Source: Candidatus Kaiserbacteria bacterium
GTDB taxonomy: Bacteria > Patescibacteriota > Minisyncoccia > Phycocordibacterales > UBA918
Direction: 5' to 3'
Length of the DNA: 57,858 nucleotides
Assembly: GCA_020428815.1 (NCBI GenBank)
Contig: JAGQMC010000042.1
Location: 1 to 57,858, forward strand
Made by a program: the position numbers and the translations under genes. A model generated the notes under the pieces. It had not been told where the DNA came from. It worked only from the letters and a program-made list of their open reading frames with translations, and did not search any database. Of the stretch, positions 56,639-57,858 are shown in pieces (positions within the stretch are counted from its first letter, which is position 1; the number at the start of each line of letters is the position of its first letter).

Positions 56639-56666
56639 ATAATACATGAAATTTAGATATTGTCAA
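56639..56666 (-). promoter_or_regulatory. candidate promoter (TTGACA-16 nt-TATTAT) for the structured RNA / giant-protein operon
   Basis: On the minus strand, -35 lies at 56661-56666 and -10 at 56639-56644. Predicted TSS near 56632. Confidence 0.55.
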
Positions 56667-56700
56667 TCTCTAACGAGCCCATGATAAAATATTAATAATT

Positions 56701-57567
56701 ATGGACTTTCCTATTCACAGGCTAGCGGCAGCGGGATTTCCGACAGGCTTGCAGGAAATCCCGCAACCACCAGCCGCCTTATATTACCGCGGCCAACTAC
56801 CAACCGCTGATCTAACTCTCCTATCTGTCGTTGGACCGCGCAAATACTCTCTCTACGGTAAGCAAGTCGTGGAGGAATTAGTCAGTGGTTTGAGAGATTA
56901 TCCTTTAGGCATAGTGTCAGGTTTAGCTTTAGGGATGGACTCTCTGGCTCACGAAGTAGCATTGCGTAACCATATCTATACATTAGCGATTCCTGGGGGC
57001 GGGATAAATGACGAAGTCATTTATCCCGCCCGCCATAAATCTTTAGCTCGTCGTATTTTAGAGTCGGGAGGTGGTTTACTATCTGAATTTGAACCAGACT
57101 TTAGGGCGACCAAATGGTCATTCCCGCAACGAAATAGATTAGTAGCTGGCATCAGTCAGGCCACTCTATTGGTTGAAGCTGCTGAAAAATCTGGCACTTT
57201 AATTACTGCCCGTATGACTGTCGACTACAATCGAGACCTGATGGTTGTCCCGGGTAATATTTTTCACAACACTAGTCGTGGTGTACATCAATTCTTAAAA
57301 CTAGGAGCCACTCCAGTAACTTGTAGCGAGGACATCCTTGAAGTATTAAAGATTAAACAACAATCACCTCTTCCGGTCACACCAATAGTTAGCTTATCCC
57401 CAGCCGAACAACAAGTGATAAAACACTTATCCGAACCGACTCACCGTGACGAACTAATCAGAAGATTAGACTTACCTACCAACGAAGCAGCTCAATTATT
57501 GATGATGATGGAACTGGCCGGTCAGATTAAAAGTGAACAAAATATTTATCGCCATACTCTAACTTAA
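56701..57567 (+). CDS. dprA: DNA processing protein DprA (Smf)
   Basis: 288 aa. VVGPRKYS.YG, IVSGLALGMDS.AH and SGTLITA motifs of the DprA Rossmann domain, plus a C-terminal winged-helix-like tail. Confidence 0.9.
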   Translation: MDFPIHRLAAAGFPTGLQEIPQPPAALYYRGQLPTADLTLLSVVGPRKYSLYGKQVVEELVSGLRDYPLGIVSGLALGMDSLAHEVALRNHIYTLAIPGGGINDEVIYPARHKSLARRILESGGGLLSEFEPDFRATKWSFPQRNRLVAGISQATLLVEAAEKSGTLITARMTVDYNRDLMVVPGNIFHNTSRGVHQFLKLGATPVTCSEDILEVLKIKQQSPLPVTPIVSLSPAEQQVIKHLSEPTHRDELIRRLDLPTNEAAQLLMMMELAGQIKSEQNIYRHTLT

Positions 57568-57624
57568 CAGATTTAAAAATTTGACAGATTAGACCAAGCC
57601 TAGTATTTATGTTCGGACATATAT

Positions 57625-57858
57625 ATGAGTAAGCAAACTTTGGTAATAGTTGAGTCACCCGCTAAAAGCAAGACTATCGAAAAATATTTAGGTAAAGGAT
57701 ATAAAGTCATGTCCTCTGTCGGACACATTAGAGACCTACCTAAGACTAGTAAAGACGCCGTTGATATCGAAGGGGGTTTTATTCCTCGTTATATTGTTTC
57801 GCCAGGTAAAGAAAAAGTAATAGAAGGACTACAGGACGCCGCTTTAAAATCTGATGAA
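57625..57858 (+). CDS. topA: DNA topoisomerase I, 5' partial (runs off the window)
   Basis: [39 protein letters not shown] is the Toprim N-terminus of TopA. The dprA-topA order is a conserved arrangement. Confidence 0.9.
   Translation, partial: MSKQTLVIVESPAKSKTIEKYLGKGYKVMSSVGHIRDLPKTSKDAVDIEGGFIPRYIVSPGKEKVIEGLQDAALKSDE

Overview
This 57.9 kb window is AT-rich and gene-dense, with most genes on the minus strand in tightly packed operons. Sampled flanks are about 27-33% G+C. I found no rRNA, CRISPR array, transposase or integrase.

Recognisable housekeeping genes:
- tRNA-Ser(GGA) and tRNA-Gln(CUG)
- htpX, lemA, groES/groEL, secG, RNase J, rsgA, argS, serS, dnaX, ftsQ-like, mltG, dgkA, and dprA followed by the 5' end of topA
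- two P-type ATPases, two DsbA-like oxidoreductases, two ATP-grasp ligases, PPK2, two NUDIX hydrolases and a HIT protein
- a GH1 beta-glucosidase operon

There are also many small membrane or secreted hypothetical proteins. This gene content suggests a small-genome Patescibacteria/CPR-like bacterium, but that is inference only.

Most unusual signals:
1. A consensus promoter drives a GC-rich, multi-helix RNA of about 260 nt (3733-3994). It ends in an intrinsic terminator just upstream of a Cys-rich 88-aa ORF, so it is a candidate unclassified riboswitch or ncRNA.
2. A second GC-rich structured RNA of about 245 nt (56388-56632, minus strand) has its own promoter and leads into a 961-aa coiled-coil/TM surface protein gene.
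3. An AbrB/MazE-like gene is translationally coupled (TAATG overlap) to a NUDIX hydrolase, sits behind a perfect 16-bp palindrome, and is followed by PPK2.
4. A 1.55-kb compositionally foreign two-gene cassette (60-nt sample 67% G+C) is bracketed by an 18/19-nt direct repeat between the HIT and NUDIX genes.
5. There are two intergenic long hairpin elements of about 105 nt, a frameshifted dus gene, and several palindromic operator-like sites.

All RNA-family and protein-family assignments were made by eye from motifs. They need cmscan/HMM confirmation.
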